64,000 nt of DNA from IMG/VR virus record IMGVR_UViG_3300025853_000043; one strand, written 5' to 3'. Source of the stretch: a virus. Position 1 is the stretch's first letter. Every line of letters begins with the position of its first letter. This document shows positions 50,654-60,441 of this stretch, in pieces. The notes under the pieces are model-generated. The model searched no databases and was not told the origin of the DNA. It was given only the letters and a program-made list of their open reading frames with translations. The translations under genes were made by a program, and so were the position numbers.

Positions 50654-51208
50654 ATGAAAAAATTTGCAGATTATTTAATTGAATCTAAAAAAACATATGA
50701 ATTTAAAATCGGAGTTGCTGGCGAGCTGCCTGAAGATTTTGAAAACCGCATGGAAACTGCACTACAAAAGTTTGCTTGTACAAAGATGAGTGCAGGTAAA
50801 AAAACACCTATTCAAGAACGTCCGTTGGACTTTCCTCAATTACAAAATACAGACGTTACCTACTATGAAGTAGAATGTTCATATCCTACAACAATACAAG
50901 TTTTACAAGAATACATTGGTAGTTGCTGTGCTATTCCTCAAAGCCACATTATTGTACGTAATCCAAACGAACCACAAGAACTATATCAGCAAGAAGATAC
51001 AAAAGACGAATATGTAGCAAAACTTACACAAGAAGACATGGGCGGAGAAAGCGCACAAGAAGATGCAGGCAGCGCTCGTGTTATGAATTTGTTGAAAGAA
51101 TTAGAAACAGCCCGTAAAGAAAGATCAAACGATTATGTTGGTGAGGCTCCTGCAGGAGAGAGCAAAGATATCGGCGATGCTGAAAACAGCAAGGCAGTGT
51201 TATCATGA
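50654..51208 (+). CDS. Hypothetical, probably head-associated protein
   Basis: N-terminal YLIE|SKK resembles a gp21 cleavage site. Confidence 0.6.
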   Translation: MKKFADYLIESKKTYEFKIGVAGELPEDFENRMETALQKFACTKMSAGKKTPIQERPLDFPQLQNTDVTYYEVECSYPTTIQVLQEYIGSCCAIPQSHIIVRNPNEPQELYQQEDTKDEYVAKLTQEDMGGESAQEDAGSARVMNLLKELETARKERSNDYVGEAPAGESKDIGDAENSKAVLS

Positions 51209-52659
51209 AACGTAAAGAAATCCTAACAGAAAATCCTCTAGCAATTGCACTTATGGGCGCACTAGTTGGTATGGGACTAGAAAAAGAAAAAGCAAAAAAA
51301 GCAGCAGCACAAGCTGTAAATCAAGCACAATCAGGTAAAGCAGCACCAGCAGCAGCAACAGCACCACAGGGTGCAGATTATAATCAAATTATGAAACGTG
51401 GCAGTAGAGGCGAAGGTGTTAAGCAACTACAAATAAACTTAGGTATGACAGGTCCAGAAGTTGATGGTATTTTTGGTCCTGCTACAGAAAAAGCAGTTAA
51501 AACATTTCAACAAAATTCAGGTGCAAAGGTTGATGGTATTGTTGGTCCAGAAACTAGAGGCATGATTGAAAAATATGCAGGTAATAATGATGAACCAGCA
51601 GCAAGTTCTCCTCCACAAAGTACAACCCCAAGTTCAACAAAGCCGTGGAGAGCTGTAAATCCTCAACCACCAGGTTATGGACGTCAAGTAAATAAAATTC
51701 TAATTACAGATGGTAGTAGATATTATTATGTAGGTGCCGAACCAGAAAATGGAAAATATACAGGCGGTGGACCAGTAAAGATAGGTGCCGACGGCAAACC
51801 AACTGGTATTGAAAATTTAAAAGGATTTCAAACTGATGCTGATAACGTAGACATGAGCGGGGTAAAGGAGTCAATTATGACAGACAAAAAACAATTAGAC
51901 GAAGCAAGCATTAACATTAATGGTGCTGATGCAAGTGAAGTAGCAGAAATACTACGTATGATGCAACTAGCAGGAGCACCGGGTGCAAAAGTAGTTGAAC
52001 CAGACGATATTAATCCAGGTCCAAAACCTTGCCCAATATGCGGAAAGATTCACGGTCCAAGTCAACCAATGGGCGGCTGTGGTGCAAAACCAAAAGAGCC
52101 AGGCATGGGCGATATGATCAAATTAATGGCCCCAGAAGAAGCAGTTGCAGAAGGCGAAGATAAAATAAACAATCCAGCATATTTAGATATAATAAAAAAT
52201 TTACTAATGCGAGCAAAAAGCACTGAAGAATTTAAAGATTATCTAAACAATGAAATGGACGAAGATCCTAAATTTGGACAATGGATGAATTATTATGCAA
52301 AACACACTCCACTAGGTAAAAGAGCAATAAACGTTTATTTCGGTCGTGACGTAATAGGCGAAGAAGAAGATTATGACGGTGATTTTCAAGATGCTAGTAC
52401 AGAACCAGATGAAACATATATGAATGATGTTAGTGCTAGTATTCCAGCAGGAAATGACATGCACAAAGAAAAAGGATCATACCCAGCAACAGCAGGTGGT
52501 GACAATCCTATGAATACCAAAGAAAGCATCAAGGCAAGATTGTTACAAGCTCTTTCAGAAAAGAAAGCAAAACCAGATTATATTGATATTGACGGTGACG
52601 GTGACAAAAAAGAGCCAATGAAAAAAGCCATCAAAGATAAAGAGAAAAAGAAGGACTAA
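51205..52659 (+). CDS. Modular protein with a peptidoglycan-binding domain and a C-terminal DxDxDG motif
   Basis: MKRGSRGEGVKQLQ...VDGIFGPATEKAVKTFQ...VDGIVGPET (PG_binding_1 pattern); PDYIDIDGDGDKKEPM. Confidence 0.7.
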   Translation: MKRKEILTENPLAIALMGALVGMGLEKEKAKKAAAQAVNQAQSGKAAPAAATAPQGADYNQIMKRGSRGEGVKQLQINLGMTGPEVDGIFGPATEKAVKTFQQNSGAKVDGIVGPETRGMIEKYAGNNDEPAASSPPQSTTPSSTKPWRAVNPQPPGYGRQVNKILITDGSRYYYVGAEPENGKYTGGGPVKIGADGKPTGIENLKGFQTDADNVDMSGVKESIMTDKKQLDEASININGADASEVAEILRMMQLAGAPGAKVVEPDDINPGPKPCPICGKIHGPSQPMGGCGAKPKEPGMGDMIKLMAPEEAVAEGEDKINNPAYLDIIKNLLMRAKSTEEFKDYLNNEMDEDPKFGQWMNYYAKHTPLGKRAINVYFGRDVIGEEEDYDGDFQDASTEPDETYMNDVSASIPAGNDMHKEKGSYPATAGGDNPMNTKESIKARLLQALSEKKAKPDYIDIDGDGDKKEPMKKAIKDKEKKKD

Positions 52660-52677
52660 TTCATCCCCCCAGAACTC

Positions 52678-52704
52678 AATAGCGCCTTAGGGCGCTATTT
52701 TTTT
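52678..52704 (+). terminator. Intrinsic terminator
   Basis: aatagcgcc-ttag-ggcgctatt plus T run; GTTAAATA follows at 52706-52713. Confidence 0.88.
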
Positions 52705-52717
52705 GGTTAAATACAAC

Positions 52718-54298
52718 ATGAGTAAAAGTTTAGACGGTGTATTAACAAAAAAAGCAAATCAGAAAGAAACATATACAGAAACACAAATTCAAGATCTATT
52801 GAATTGTATGGATCCTGATGAAGGTTACTTGTATTTTGCAAAACGATTTGCACACATTCAGCATCCAGTAAAAGGAAAACTTTTGTTTGATCCTTACGAA
52901 TATCAGTTGAGGTTGATGCATTCGTATCATAATTTTAGATTTAATATTAATATGATGCCTAGACAAACAGGTAAAACTACATGTGCTAGTATATATTTGT
53001 GTTGGTATGCAATGTTCAATCCAGATCAAACTATTCTTATTGCAGCACACAAATACACAGGTGCGCAGGAGATTATGCAGCGTATACGCTATGTATATGA
53101 ACTATGTCCTGATTACATAAGAGCAGGTGTAACTAGTTATAATAAAGGTAGTATTGAGTTTGAAAATGGGTCACGTATTATCAGTCAAACAACAACAGGC
53201 ACTACTGGACGTGGTTTGTCTATCTCGCTACTATATTGTGACGAGTTTGCGTTTGTGCAACCAAACATTGCTGAAGAATTTTGGACTTCAATTTCGCCTA
53301 CACTAGCAACAGGTGGTAGAGCTATTATTACAAGCACACCAAACTCAGACGAAGATACATTTGCAGTTATATGGAAACAAGCTGAACAAAAGTTTGATGA
53401 GCATGGAAATGAACAAGAAATTGGTATAAATGGTTTTCACGCTTATAGAGCTCATTGGAGTGAACACCCCGACCGTGACGACGAATGGAAAGTTAATGAA
53501 ATAGGTCGTATTGGTGAAGAAATGTTTCGTAGAGAATATGGCTGTGAATTTTTAATCTTTGATGAAACACTGATCAATAGTATAAAACTTGCTGCAATGG
53601 AAGGCATTGAACCTACATTGCATATGGGTCAAGTGCGATGGTACAAAAAACCTGATGCAAAAAAATCTTATGTTATAGGATTAGATCCTGCTATGGGAAC
53701 AGGTGGAGATTTTGCTGCTATACAAGTGATAGAACTGCCTACATATGAACAAGTTGCTGAGTGGCAACATAACACTACAGCTATTCCAGGACAAATTAGG
53801 GTTTTGCGAGATATTTGTAGTTATATTGCAGAAGAAACAAAAACTACTTCTAATATTTATTGGAGCGTTGAAAACAATGGTATAGGAGAAGCAGCACTAC
53901 TTGTAATACAAGATTTTGGCGAAGAAAACATTCCTGGATTATTCATTAGTGAACCAATACGAAAAGGTCATGTAAGAAAATTTAGAAAAGGTTTTAATAC
54001 TACACATGGAAGTAAAACTACAAGTTGTGCTAGATTAAAAACAATGATTGAAAATGATAAACTAATATTAAAAAGTAAGCCTTGTATTAGTGAACTTAAA
54101 GCATACATAGCAGCAGGTAGTAGTTTTCAAGCAAAACCAGGACATCATGATGATTTAATTAGCAGTTTAATTTTAACATTAAGAATAATGAGCGTTATGA
54201 AAGATTGGGATCCTACGGTTTATAATACGTTTAGCCAAATTGAAGCAGATGAAGAATATGAAATGCCCATGCCTATCTTCGTAAGTAGCAGTTATTGA
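52718..54298 (+). CDS. gp17: Terminase large subunit (T4 gp17-like)
   Basis: PRQTGKTT Walker A, LLYCDEFAFV Walker B, IITSTPN, IGLDPAMG, HHDDLI; ATG at 52718. Confidence 0.96.
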   Translation: MSKSLDGVLTKKANQKETYTETQIQDLLNCMDPDEGYLYFAKRFAHIQHPVKGKLLFDPYEYQLRLMHSYHNFRFNINMMPRQTGKTTCASIYLCWYAMFNPDQTILIAAHKYTGAQEIMQRIRYVYELCPDYIRAGVTSYNKGSIEFENGSRIISQTTTGTTGRGLSISLLYCDEFAFVQPNIAEEFWTSISPTLATGGRAIITSTPNSDEDTFAVIWKQAEQKFDEHGNEQEIGINGFHAYRAHWSEHPDRDDEWKVNEIGRIGEEMFRREYGCEFLIFDETLINSIKLAAMEGIEPTLHMGQVRWYKKPDAKKSYVIGLDPAMGTGGDFAAIQVIELPTYEQVAEWQHNTTAIPGQIRVLRDICSYIAEETKTTSNIYWSVENNGIGEAALLVIQDFGEENIPGLFISEPIRKGHVRKFRKGFNTTHGSKTTSCARLKTMIENDKLILKSKPCISELKAYIAAGSSFQAKPGHHDDLISSLILTLRIMSVMKDWDPTVYNTFSQIEADEEYEMPMPIFVSSSY

Positions 54299-54304
54299 TA
54301 AATA
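54297..54304 (+). promoter_or_regulatory. Late promoter GATAAATA
   Basis: Overlaps the terminase stop, 7 nt before the next ATG. Confidence 0.6.
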
Positions 54305-54311
54305 GTATACA

Positions 54312-56534
54312 ATGAGAAATTTAAATACCGTAGCAGAACAATTATTTAATGAAATTAGAGGACGTTATTCAAGCGTGTCAATCGGCGATGCTGATGGTAA
54401 CATTACCAATGAACCTAAGCAAGCAAGATTTTATGAATTTGATTTTAAATCAGGAATGCAGGATTTAGGAAAAGTAAGTGTAACACTTGACGAAGAATCT
54501 GGTGTTACAATTATGTATAATAATAATTTTACAGAAAATGCACTAGTAAGTGAAAAACAAGATTGGTATAATTTTTTAAAAAATATTAGAATGTTTGCAA
54601 AAAAACGTTTATTAAATTTCGAAGTAAGAGATATTAATAAATCAAATCTAACTAAACGTGATTATTCTTATCTAGCTAAAAATCGTAGCGGAGATCAAAC
54701 TATGGCTGAGTCTAAAATGTACGGCAGTAATAAAACAAGTTTTCAAAAAATTGGTAATGCAAAATTATCAATTAAACATACAAAACCTATGGAAGAAAGT
54801 GAAAGTAGAACAAAAAATATTGGTTCTATTTACATCGAAAATAACCAAGGTGAAAAATTTAAATATCCTTACAAACATCTTAGTGGTGCAAGAGCTTTAG
54901 CTATGCATGTTAGCGAAGGTGGCAATCCTTATGACGACTTTGGTAAACACATTACAGGTTTAAGTGAAGAACTATCTAATCTCCGCAAGTTCAAAACTTA
55001 TATGGGCCGTAGCAGTGTAATGGCAGAAAGCCTTGCTGAACATATGGATATTGTTAATGAAAGAATTGCAACAATTAAAAAGTCTATACAAAATCTTCAA
55101 AAGGAATCTCATTACAAACAAGCATTTGAAGAATTTGTACCAATTGAAGACATAGAAGTACCAGAAGATATATCAGCTAATTGGATCGACCAATTAACCG
55201 TAAAACAATTTAATGAAGAATTAAAAGATGTATTTCCATACATTTACAATTTAGTTAGTGAAAATACAAAACCAGAAGAAATAACTTTTGAAGACATTTT
55301 TTATGAAGCAAAAGATACAATGATAAAAACACAACCTGGTGAAGATTCTGTATCGCAAGTTGCACAAAGATTCAGAGTGCCTGCAGAAAAAATGAAAGAT
55401 TTTATTCAAGACGTCATCGAAGTTAATGGGTTAGATAGTGACAAACTACAACCAGGAATAGATTTGGTTATACCAGCAGGTTATATTCCTGGTAATGTAT
55501 CATCGAGTCCAAGACCGCAAATGAGACCAACTAATAATACAAATATCGGCAGTACAGAAATAGCACCAAATGGTCAAGTTACAGGCAGCACAAGAGGCTT
55601 CAATACAGAGTCTGCAATTGATGCTGCATTTGATAAATTGTTAGGACAATTTGCAGATAATTTTAGTGCGCAAGTAGAAGGCGATACAGATGAAGGCAAC
55701 GCATACGCACATGCTGTAAGACAAGCAAAAATGAATGGCGCTAAAAAAGGCGACAAAATAGATCATCCAGATTCAGACGAAGATGATATTGTAATTGAAA
55801 AAGACAAAACACCATTAGGCGAGTTTATACTAAGTTACTTTGATAGACAAACAGGCCAGTTTCCAAAAGGCGAAACAGCAGTATTGACCAGTGTAGAAAA
55901 AGACTATGGCGATCAATACGTCAAACCAGCAAGTCAGTTCATAGAACGTCTAGGTCAAGTATACGAAAAATATCAACAGAAAAAACTAGGACAAGTTAAT
56001 TTAGACGAAGCAGGTGCCGGAGACTTTGAATCTCAATTCAGACGTATTCAACAAAGAGGTGGCAACGTAGCAGTTAGTATACATGGACTTCTTAAAGACT
56101 CTGGGTTAGATGCAGATCAAATTATGGGATTTGATCCTAATGTTCCGAGCAACCGTACTAAAGTTAACCAATTTCAACAAGGTAATCAAGAAGAAGTTTT
56201 ACAAAAAGCACAGCAGGCATTGGGCAGCGCACAAGGCGGACAAGCACAGCCAGCAGCAGGTAGTGCGCAAGGCGGACAAGATTTAGGCAATGGCTTCCAA
56301 AAAATAAAACATCCACAATATGGTGATGCTATATTGGATACTCAAAGCGGAAGTGTTATTTTTGTAAATGCAGGAAAATTAAGATCTCCAGGCAAATATG
56401 CAGTTTTACAAAGAAATGGAAAAATTCAAACGACAAACCAATTAGGACCGATGTCTACACAAGCAATGCAAGATGCAGGTTTAGGCGAGTCACAAAATTT
56501 AAACAGAATTCAAGAGTTAGCCGGTTTAAGATAA
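54312..56534 (+). CDS. Modular hypothetical protein with a LysM-like insert and scaffold-like C-terminus
   Basis: KTQPGEDSVSQVAQRF...IEVNGLDSDKLQPGIDLVIP (LysM-like); ends NRIQELAGLR. Confidence 0.6.
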   Translation: MRNLNTVAEQLFNEIRGRYSSVSIGDADGNITNEPKQARFYEFDFKSGMQDLGKVSVTLDEESGVTIMYNNNFTENALVSEKQDWYNFLKNIRMFAKKRLLNFEVRDINKSNLTKRDYSYLAKNRSGDQTMAESKMYGSNKTSFQKIGNAKLSIKHTKPMEESESRTKNIGSIYIENNQGEKFKYPYKHLSGARALAMHVSEGGNPYDDFGKHITGLSEELSNLRKFKTYMGRSSVMAESLAEHMDIVNERIATIKKSIQNLQKESHYKQAFEEFVPIEDIEVPEDISANWIDQLTVKQFNEELKDVFPYIYNLVSENTKPEEITFEDIFYEAKDTMIKTQPGEDSVSQVAQRFRVPAEKMKDFIQDVIEVNGLDSDKLQPGIDLVIPAGYIPGNVSSSPRPQMRPTNNTNIGSTEIAPNGQVTGSTRGFNTESAIDAAFDKLLGQFADNFSAQVEGDTDEGNAYAHAVRQAKMNGAKKGDKIDHPDSDEDDIVIEKDKTPLGEFILSYFDRQTGQFPKGETAVLTSVEKDYGDQYVKPASQFIERLGQVYEKYQQKKLGQVNLDEAGAGDFESQFRRIQQRGGNVAVSIHGLLKDSGLDADQIMGFDPNVPSNRTKVNQFQQGNQEEVLQKAQQALGSAQGGQAQPAAGSAQGGQDLGNGFQKIKHPQYGDAILDTQSGSVIFVNAGKLRSPGKYAVLQRNGKIQTTNQLGPMSTQAMQDAGLGESQNLNRIQELAGLR

Positions 56535-56570
56535 TCGGCTAACCATTTGAAAATATTGTCAAAAAAATAG

Positions 56571-56599
56571 TTGACAAGATAAATAACATTGTGTAGTAT
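56571..56599 (+). promoter_or_regulatory. Sigma70 promoter with a nested late promoter, for ssb
   Basis: TTGACA-N17-TAGTAT with GATAAATA at 56578-56585. Confidence 0.7.
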
Positions 56600-56658
56600 A
56601 GTAATTGTGCTGCACACTAAAGGCACATAGAACATAGGCAATATAAGGAGGCATAACT

Positions 56659-57648
56659 ATGGCATCATTAGCAGAAATTAGAGCAAAGCTCAAAGAACAA
56701 GAAAATCGTTCAAGCGGTGGCAACACAGGCGGCGATAACGCAATTTACCCATTTTGGAATATGAAAGAAGGCGATCAGGCAACCCTGCGCTTCTTGCCTG
56801 ACGGCGATGATTCAAACACTTTCTTTTGGAAAGAGCGTTTGATGATTAAACTTCCATTTGCTGGTGTAAAAGGCGAAACTGACTCACGTCCAGTACAAGT
56901 ACAAGTACCATGCATGGAAATGTATGGCGAATCTTGCCCAATCTTGCAAGAAGTACGTGGCTGGTTTAAAGATCCAAGTTTAGAAGATATGGGTCGTAAG
57001 TATTGGAAGAAACGTAGTTATATCTTCCAAGGTTTTGTTGTAGATGATCCATTGAAAGAAGATTCACAACCAGAAAATCCTATTCGTAGATTTATTATTG
57101 GTCCGCAAATCTTCCAACTAATCAAAGCAGCACTAATGGACCCAGATATGGAAGAACTGCCAACAGATTATACTGCTGGTGTAGACTTCCGTCTTGCTAA
57201 AGGTTCAAAAGGTGGTTATGCAGATTACGGCGCAAGTAATTGGGCACGTAGAGAGCGTCCACTAGGTGATGCAGAGATGGCAGCAGTGAACACACACGGG
57301 TTGTTTAATCTAAATGATTTCCTTCCTAAAAAGCCAGGCGAAGTAGAACTTAAAGTTCTTACTGAAATGTTTGAAGCAAGTGTTGACGGTGAAGCATATG
57401 ATGCAGAGCGTTGGAGTAATTACTTCCGTCCTGCAGGTATGGCAGCACGTACAGGTGATCCAAACACAGCACCTGCTCCGACACCTGCTCCACAACCAGC
57501 AGCACCTGCACCTGCACCAGCAGCAGTTGAAGATGATATTCCTTTTAAATCAAATGAGGAAGTAGCAGCTGAAGCAGCACCAGCAGAAAACGCCGGCGGC
57601 GGCGCACAAGACATCCTAGCGATGATTCGTGCTCGTCAAGGACAATAA
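56659..57648 (+). CDS. gp32: Single-stranded DNA-binding protein (gp32-like)
   Basis: LRFLPDGD, VPCMEMYGESCPI, GRKYWKKRSY, FIIGPQIF, GVDFRLAK; acidic/hydrophobic tail; precedes uvsX. Confidence 0.85.
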   Translation: MASLAEIRAKLKEQENRSSGGNTGGDNAIYPFWNMKEGDQATLRFLPDGDDSNTFFWKERLMIKLPFAGVKGETDSRPVQVQVPCMEMYGESCPILQEVRGWFKDPSLEDMGRKYWKKRSYIFQGFVVDDPLKEDSQPENPIRRFIIGPQIFQLIKAALMDPDMEELPTDYTAGVDFRLAKGSKGGYADYGASNWARRERPLGDAEMAAVNTHGLFNLNDFLPKKPGEVELKVLTEMFEASVDGEAYDAERWSNYFRPAGMAARTGDPNTAPAPTPAPQPAAPAPAPAAVEDDIPFKSNEEVAAEAAPAENAGGGAQDILAMIRARQGQ

Positions 57649-57650
57649 TA

Positions 57651-57678
57651 GAAAGGGCTTCGGCCCTTTCCTTTGCTT
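57651..57678 (+). terminator. UUCG hairpin / probable terminator after ssb
   Basis: gaaagggc-ttcg-gccctttc; interrupted T tract. Confidence 0.7.
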
Positions 57679-57697
57679 TTTAGAATAGGAGATATGT

Positions 57698-58792
57698 ATG
57701 GCTACTAAAGCATTCGATCCTTCAAAGTTTCGAAACTCATTAACAAAATCTATTAAAGGTATGAGTGCAGGCTTTAATGATCCACAAGATTGGATCAGCA
57801 CAGGCAACTATGCACTTAACTATCTGCTAAGTGGTGATTTCCGCAAAGGTATTCCGCTAGGTAAAGTAAGCGTGTTTGCAGGCGAATCAGGCGCAGGCAA
57901 GTCTTACATTGTGTCTGGTAATATTGTAAAGTCAGCACAAGAGCAAGACATCTTTGTGGTGCTTATTGACTCAGAAAACGCACTAGATCAAACATGGCTA
58001 GAAGCATTAGGTGTTGACTGCGATGACAGCAAACTACTAAAACTTAACATGGCAATGATTGACGATGTTGCTAAAACTATTAGCACATTTATGGATGATT
58101 ATAAATCAATGAACGAAGAAGATCGTCCTAAAGTATTGTTTGTTGTTGACTCATTAGGTATGCTTATGTCACCAACTGAAGTAAATCAGTTTGAAGCAGG
58201 TGATATGAAGGGTGATATGGGTCGTAAGGCAAAAGCACTGAAGGCATTGGTTACTAACTGCGTAAATATGTTTGGTAGTTACAATGTTGGTATGTGTGTT
58301 ACTAACCACACTTATGCATCGCAGGATATGTTTGATCCAGATGATAAGATTTCAGGTGGTAGTGGCTTTGTGTATGCAAGTTCAATGGTTGTAGCAATGA
58401 AAAAGCTGAAACTAAAAGAAGATGCAGACGGCAACAAAACATCACAAGTACACGGTATTAGAGCAGCGTGTAAGGTTATGAAAACACGTTACGCTAAACC
58501 GTTTGAAGCAGTACAAGTGAAGATTCCTTATGAAACAGGAATGGATCCATATTCAGGCATGTTTGATTTGCTTGAAGCAAAAGGACTGCTTGAAAAACAA
58601 GGTAATCGCTACAAGTATGTTGATAGCGAAGGAAATGAAACACTAGAATATCGTAAAAACTGGACAGGTGAACTACTCGAAATGATTATGGCCGATTTAC
58701 CGGCAAAAGAAGCACAAATGGTAAATATCGCTAACGCAACCGACGAAGAAGTTGTGATTGATCATAACGAGGAGTTAGCTGAGAATGAATGA
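57698..58792 (+). CDS. uvsX: UvsX/RecA-like recombinase
   Basis: ISTGNYALNYLLSG, AGESGAGKS, LIDSENA, VVDSLG, NHTY, ISGG. Confidence 0.93.
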   Translation: MATKAFDPSKFRNSLTKSIKGMSAGFNDPQDWISTGNYALNYLLSGDFRKGIPLGKVSVFAGESGAGKSYIVSGNIVKSAQEQDIFVVLIDSENALDQTWLEALGVDCDDSKLLKLNMAMIDDVAKTISTFMDDYKSMNEEDRPKVLFVVDSLGMLMSPTEVNQFEAGDMKGDMGRKAKALKALVTNCVNMFGSYNVGMCVTNHTYASQDMFDPDDKISGGSGFVYASSMVVAMKKLKLKEDADGNKTSQVHGIRAACKVMKTRYAKPFEAVQVKIPYETGMDPYSGMFDLLEAKGLLEKQGNRYKYVDSEGNETLEYRKNWTGELLEMIMADLPAKEAQMVNIANATDEEVVIDHNEELAENE

Positions 58793-59009
58793 AGAATTTG
58801 TTTCTGATCTATGGAACTTGTTTAAAGAATATTTGGATAAAAAGCATATTGAATTAGCAGCAGAAAGATATGTAGATACTCTTATTGATTACGGAGTTTC
58901 GGATATTCAGTTGCAAGAAATGTTAGGCGGTGATAAAACACTTGATGCTGCAATTCAATATTACTTAGAGTTAGACGACGATAACGATGACGACGATTGG
59001 GATGAATAA
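58785..59009 (+). CDS. Small acidic hypothetical protein
   Basis: 74-aa ORF between uvsX and uvsY. Confidence 0.7.
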   Translation: MNEEFVSDLWNLFKEYLDKKHIELAAERYVDTLIDYGVSDIQLQEMLGGDKTLDAAIQYYLELDDDNDDDDWDE

Positions 59010-59464
59010 TGGGTTGGTACAGCCAAGTAAGCAGAGATATATCACAAATTCCTTCTGCTATACAATACTTTGAAACTGAACTAGTTCAAGCAAAACAAGA
59101 ATGTAAGTTACACGGTAATGTTGAAAAACAAGCATCAATGATGCCAGGTATTGTCGAGCATAGATTTAATCAGTTACAAGAAATTGAAGCCATATTAGAA
59201 TTCTTAAACATTGAACTGCGTAAACTACGCAGTTCTTTTTTCAAAAAATATCTTGAAAATTATCAAAGAGCATTATCAAGCCGAGATGTAGAAAAGTATG
59301 TTGATGGCGAACAAGATGTATGTGATTATGAAAAAATTATAAACGAATTTGCACTTATGCGTAACAAATGGTTAGGTGTGTTAAAAGCACTAGATCAGAA
59401 ACAATGGCAGATAACTAATATTGTAAAACTAAGAGTAGCAGGTATGGAAGATGCAAGTTTATAA
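59009..59464 (+). CDS. uvsY: UvsY-like recombination mediator
   Basis: Coiled coil, LSSRDVEKYVDG, LKALDQKQWQITNIVKLR; synteny with uvsX. Confidence 0.8.
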   Translation: MGWYSQVSRDISQIPSAIQYFETELVQAKQECKLHGNVEKQASMMPGIVEHRFNQLQEIEAILEFLNIELRKLRSSFFKKYLENYQRALSSRDVEKYVDGEQDVCDYEKIINEFALMRNKWLGVLKALDQKQWQITNIVKLRVAGMEDASL

Positions 59465-59467
59465 ATA
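59460..59467 (+). promoter_or_regulatory. Late promoter TATAAATA
   Basis: Exact consensus at the start of the sugar cluster. Confidence 0.65.
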
Positions 59468-59489
59468 ACTTACGGAGTATAAAATATAT

Positions 59490-60431
59490 ATGGGAAAATA
59501 TCGTGTTTCTGGGGTACTTAATCCAACAGAAAGTATTAAAGCAAGTAACATTACTAAATGGCACAAAGGTGATAGAGTTGACTATTGGCCAAAAGATATG
59601 ATGGCTGAAAATAATGTTAACGGAGTGTTAAATGAATTGTTTTCTGCATACGGACCTCCAAAACCTATTTTTAGACCACAAGATAAAGTTTTGACTATGG
59701 GAAGTTGCTTTGCATTACGCATTAGAGAATGGATGGAAAAGAACGGAAGAGGCACAGAAGCACTTTTTATTCCAGAAGGATTAAACAATAGTTTTGCAGT
59801 AAGACAATTTATAGAATGGGCATTAACAGGTAATCGTAGTCACGATGCTTATTGGTATGATGAATTAGCAGACGGTGTAGGTAAATGGGAATCTCCTGAA
59901 GAGCAAGAACAAATAAAAAAACATTTTATCAATCACAACGGATTTGTTATTACTTTTGGTTTAGCAGAAGTTTGGAAAGACAAAGAAACCGGAGGCGTAT
60001 TTTGGAGAGGTGTGCCTAATGATATGTTTGATCCCAACAAACACGAATCTGTTGTTAGTACCGTAGAAGAAAATATTGCAAATATAAAAACAATTGTTGA
60101 GTTGTTAAGAAAATACTGCGGCAATAAACCTATTATTATTACACTAAGTCCTGTACCACTTAATGCTACATTTCAAGAAAGACCATGTGTAGTTAGTGAT
60201 TGTGTAAGCAAAAGTATATTACGTGTTTCAATAGACGAAGCATTAAGAAACATTAATGATAAAAATGTATATTACTGGCCTAGTTTTGAATATGTTAAAT
60301 GGATTCCTAGCCATATGCCAATTGTAACATTTGGTGGCAAAAAAGGAAAGAAAATTACTGATAGTAGACATGTAGCAGAGACTGCTGTATCAAACATTAT
60401 TAGTAATTTTGCTAAAAAGTTTTTTATATAA
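59490..60431 (+). CDS. GSCFA-domain (SGNH-like) protein
   Basis: VLTMGSCFA, ITFGLAEVW, ITLSPVPL, SKSILR, YWPSFE, DSRH. Confidence 0.8.
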   Translation: MGKYRVSGVLNPTESIKASNITKWHKGDRVDYWPKDMMAENNVNGVLNELFSAYGPPKPIFRPQDKVLTMGSCFALRIREWMEKNGRGTEALFIPEGLNNSFAVRQFIEWALTGNRSHDAYWYDELADGVGKWESPEEQEQIKKHFINHNGFVITFGLAEVWKDKETGGVFWRGVPNDMFDPNKHESVVSTVEENIANIKTIVELLRKYCGNKPIIITLSPVPLNATFQERPCVVSDCVSKSILRVSIDEALRNINDKNVYYWPSFEYVKWIPSHMPIVTFGGKKGKKITDSRHVAETAVSNIISNFAKKFFI

Positions 60432-60441
60432 GGTGTAAGAA

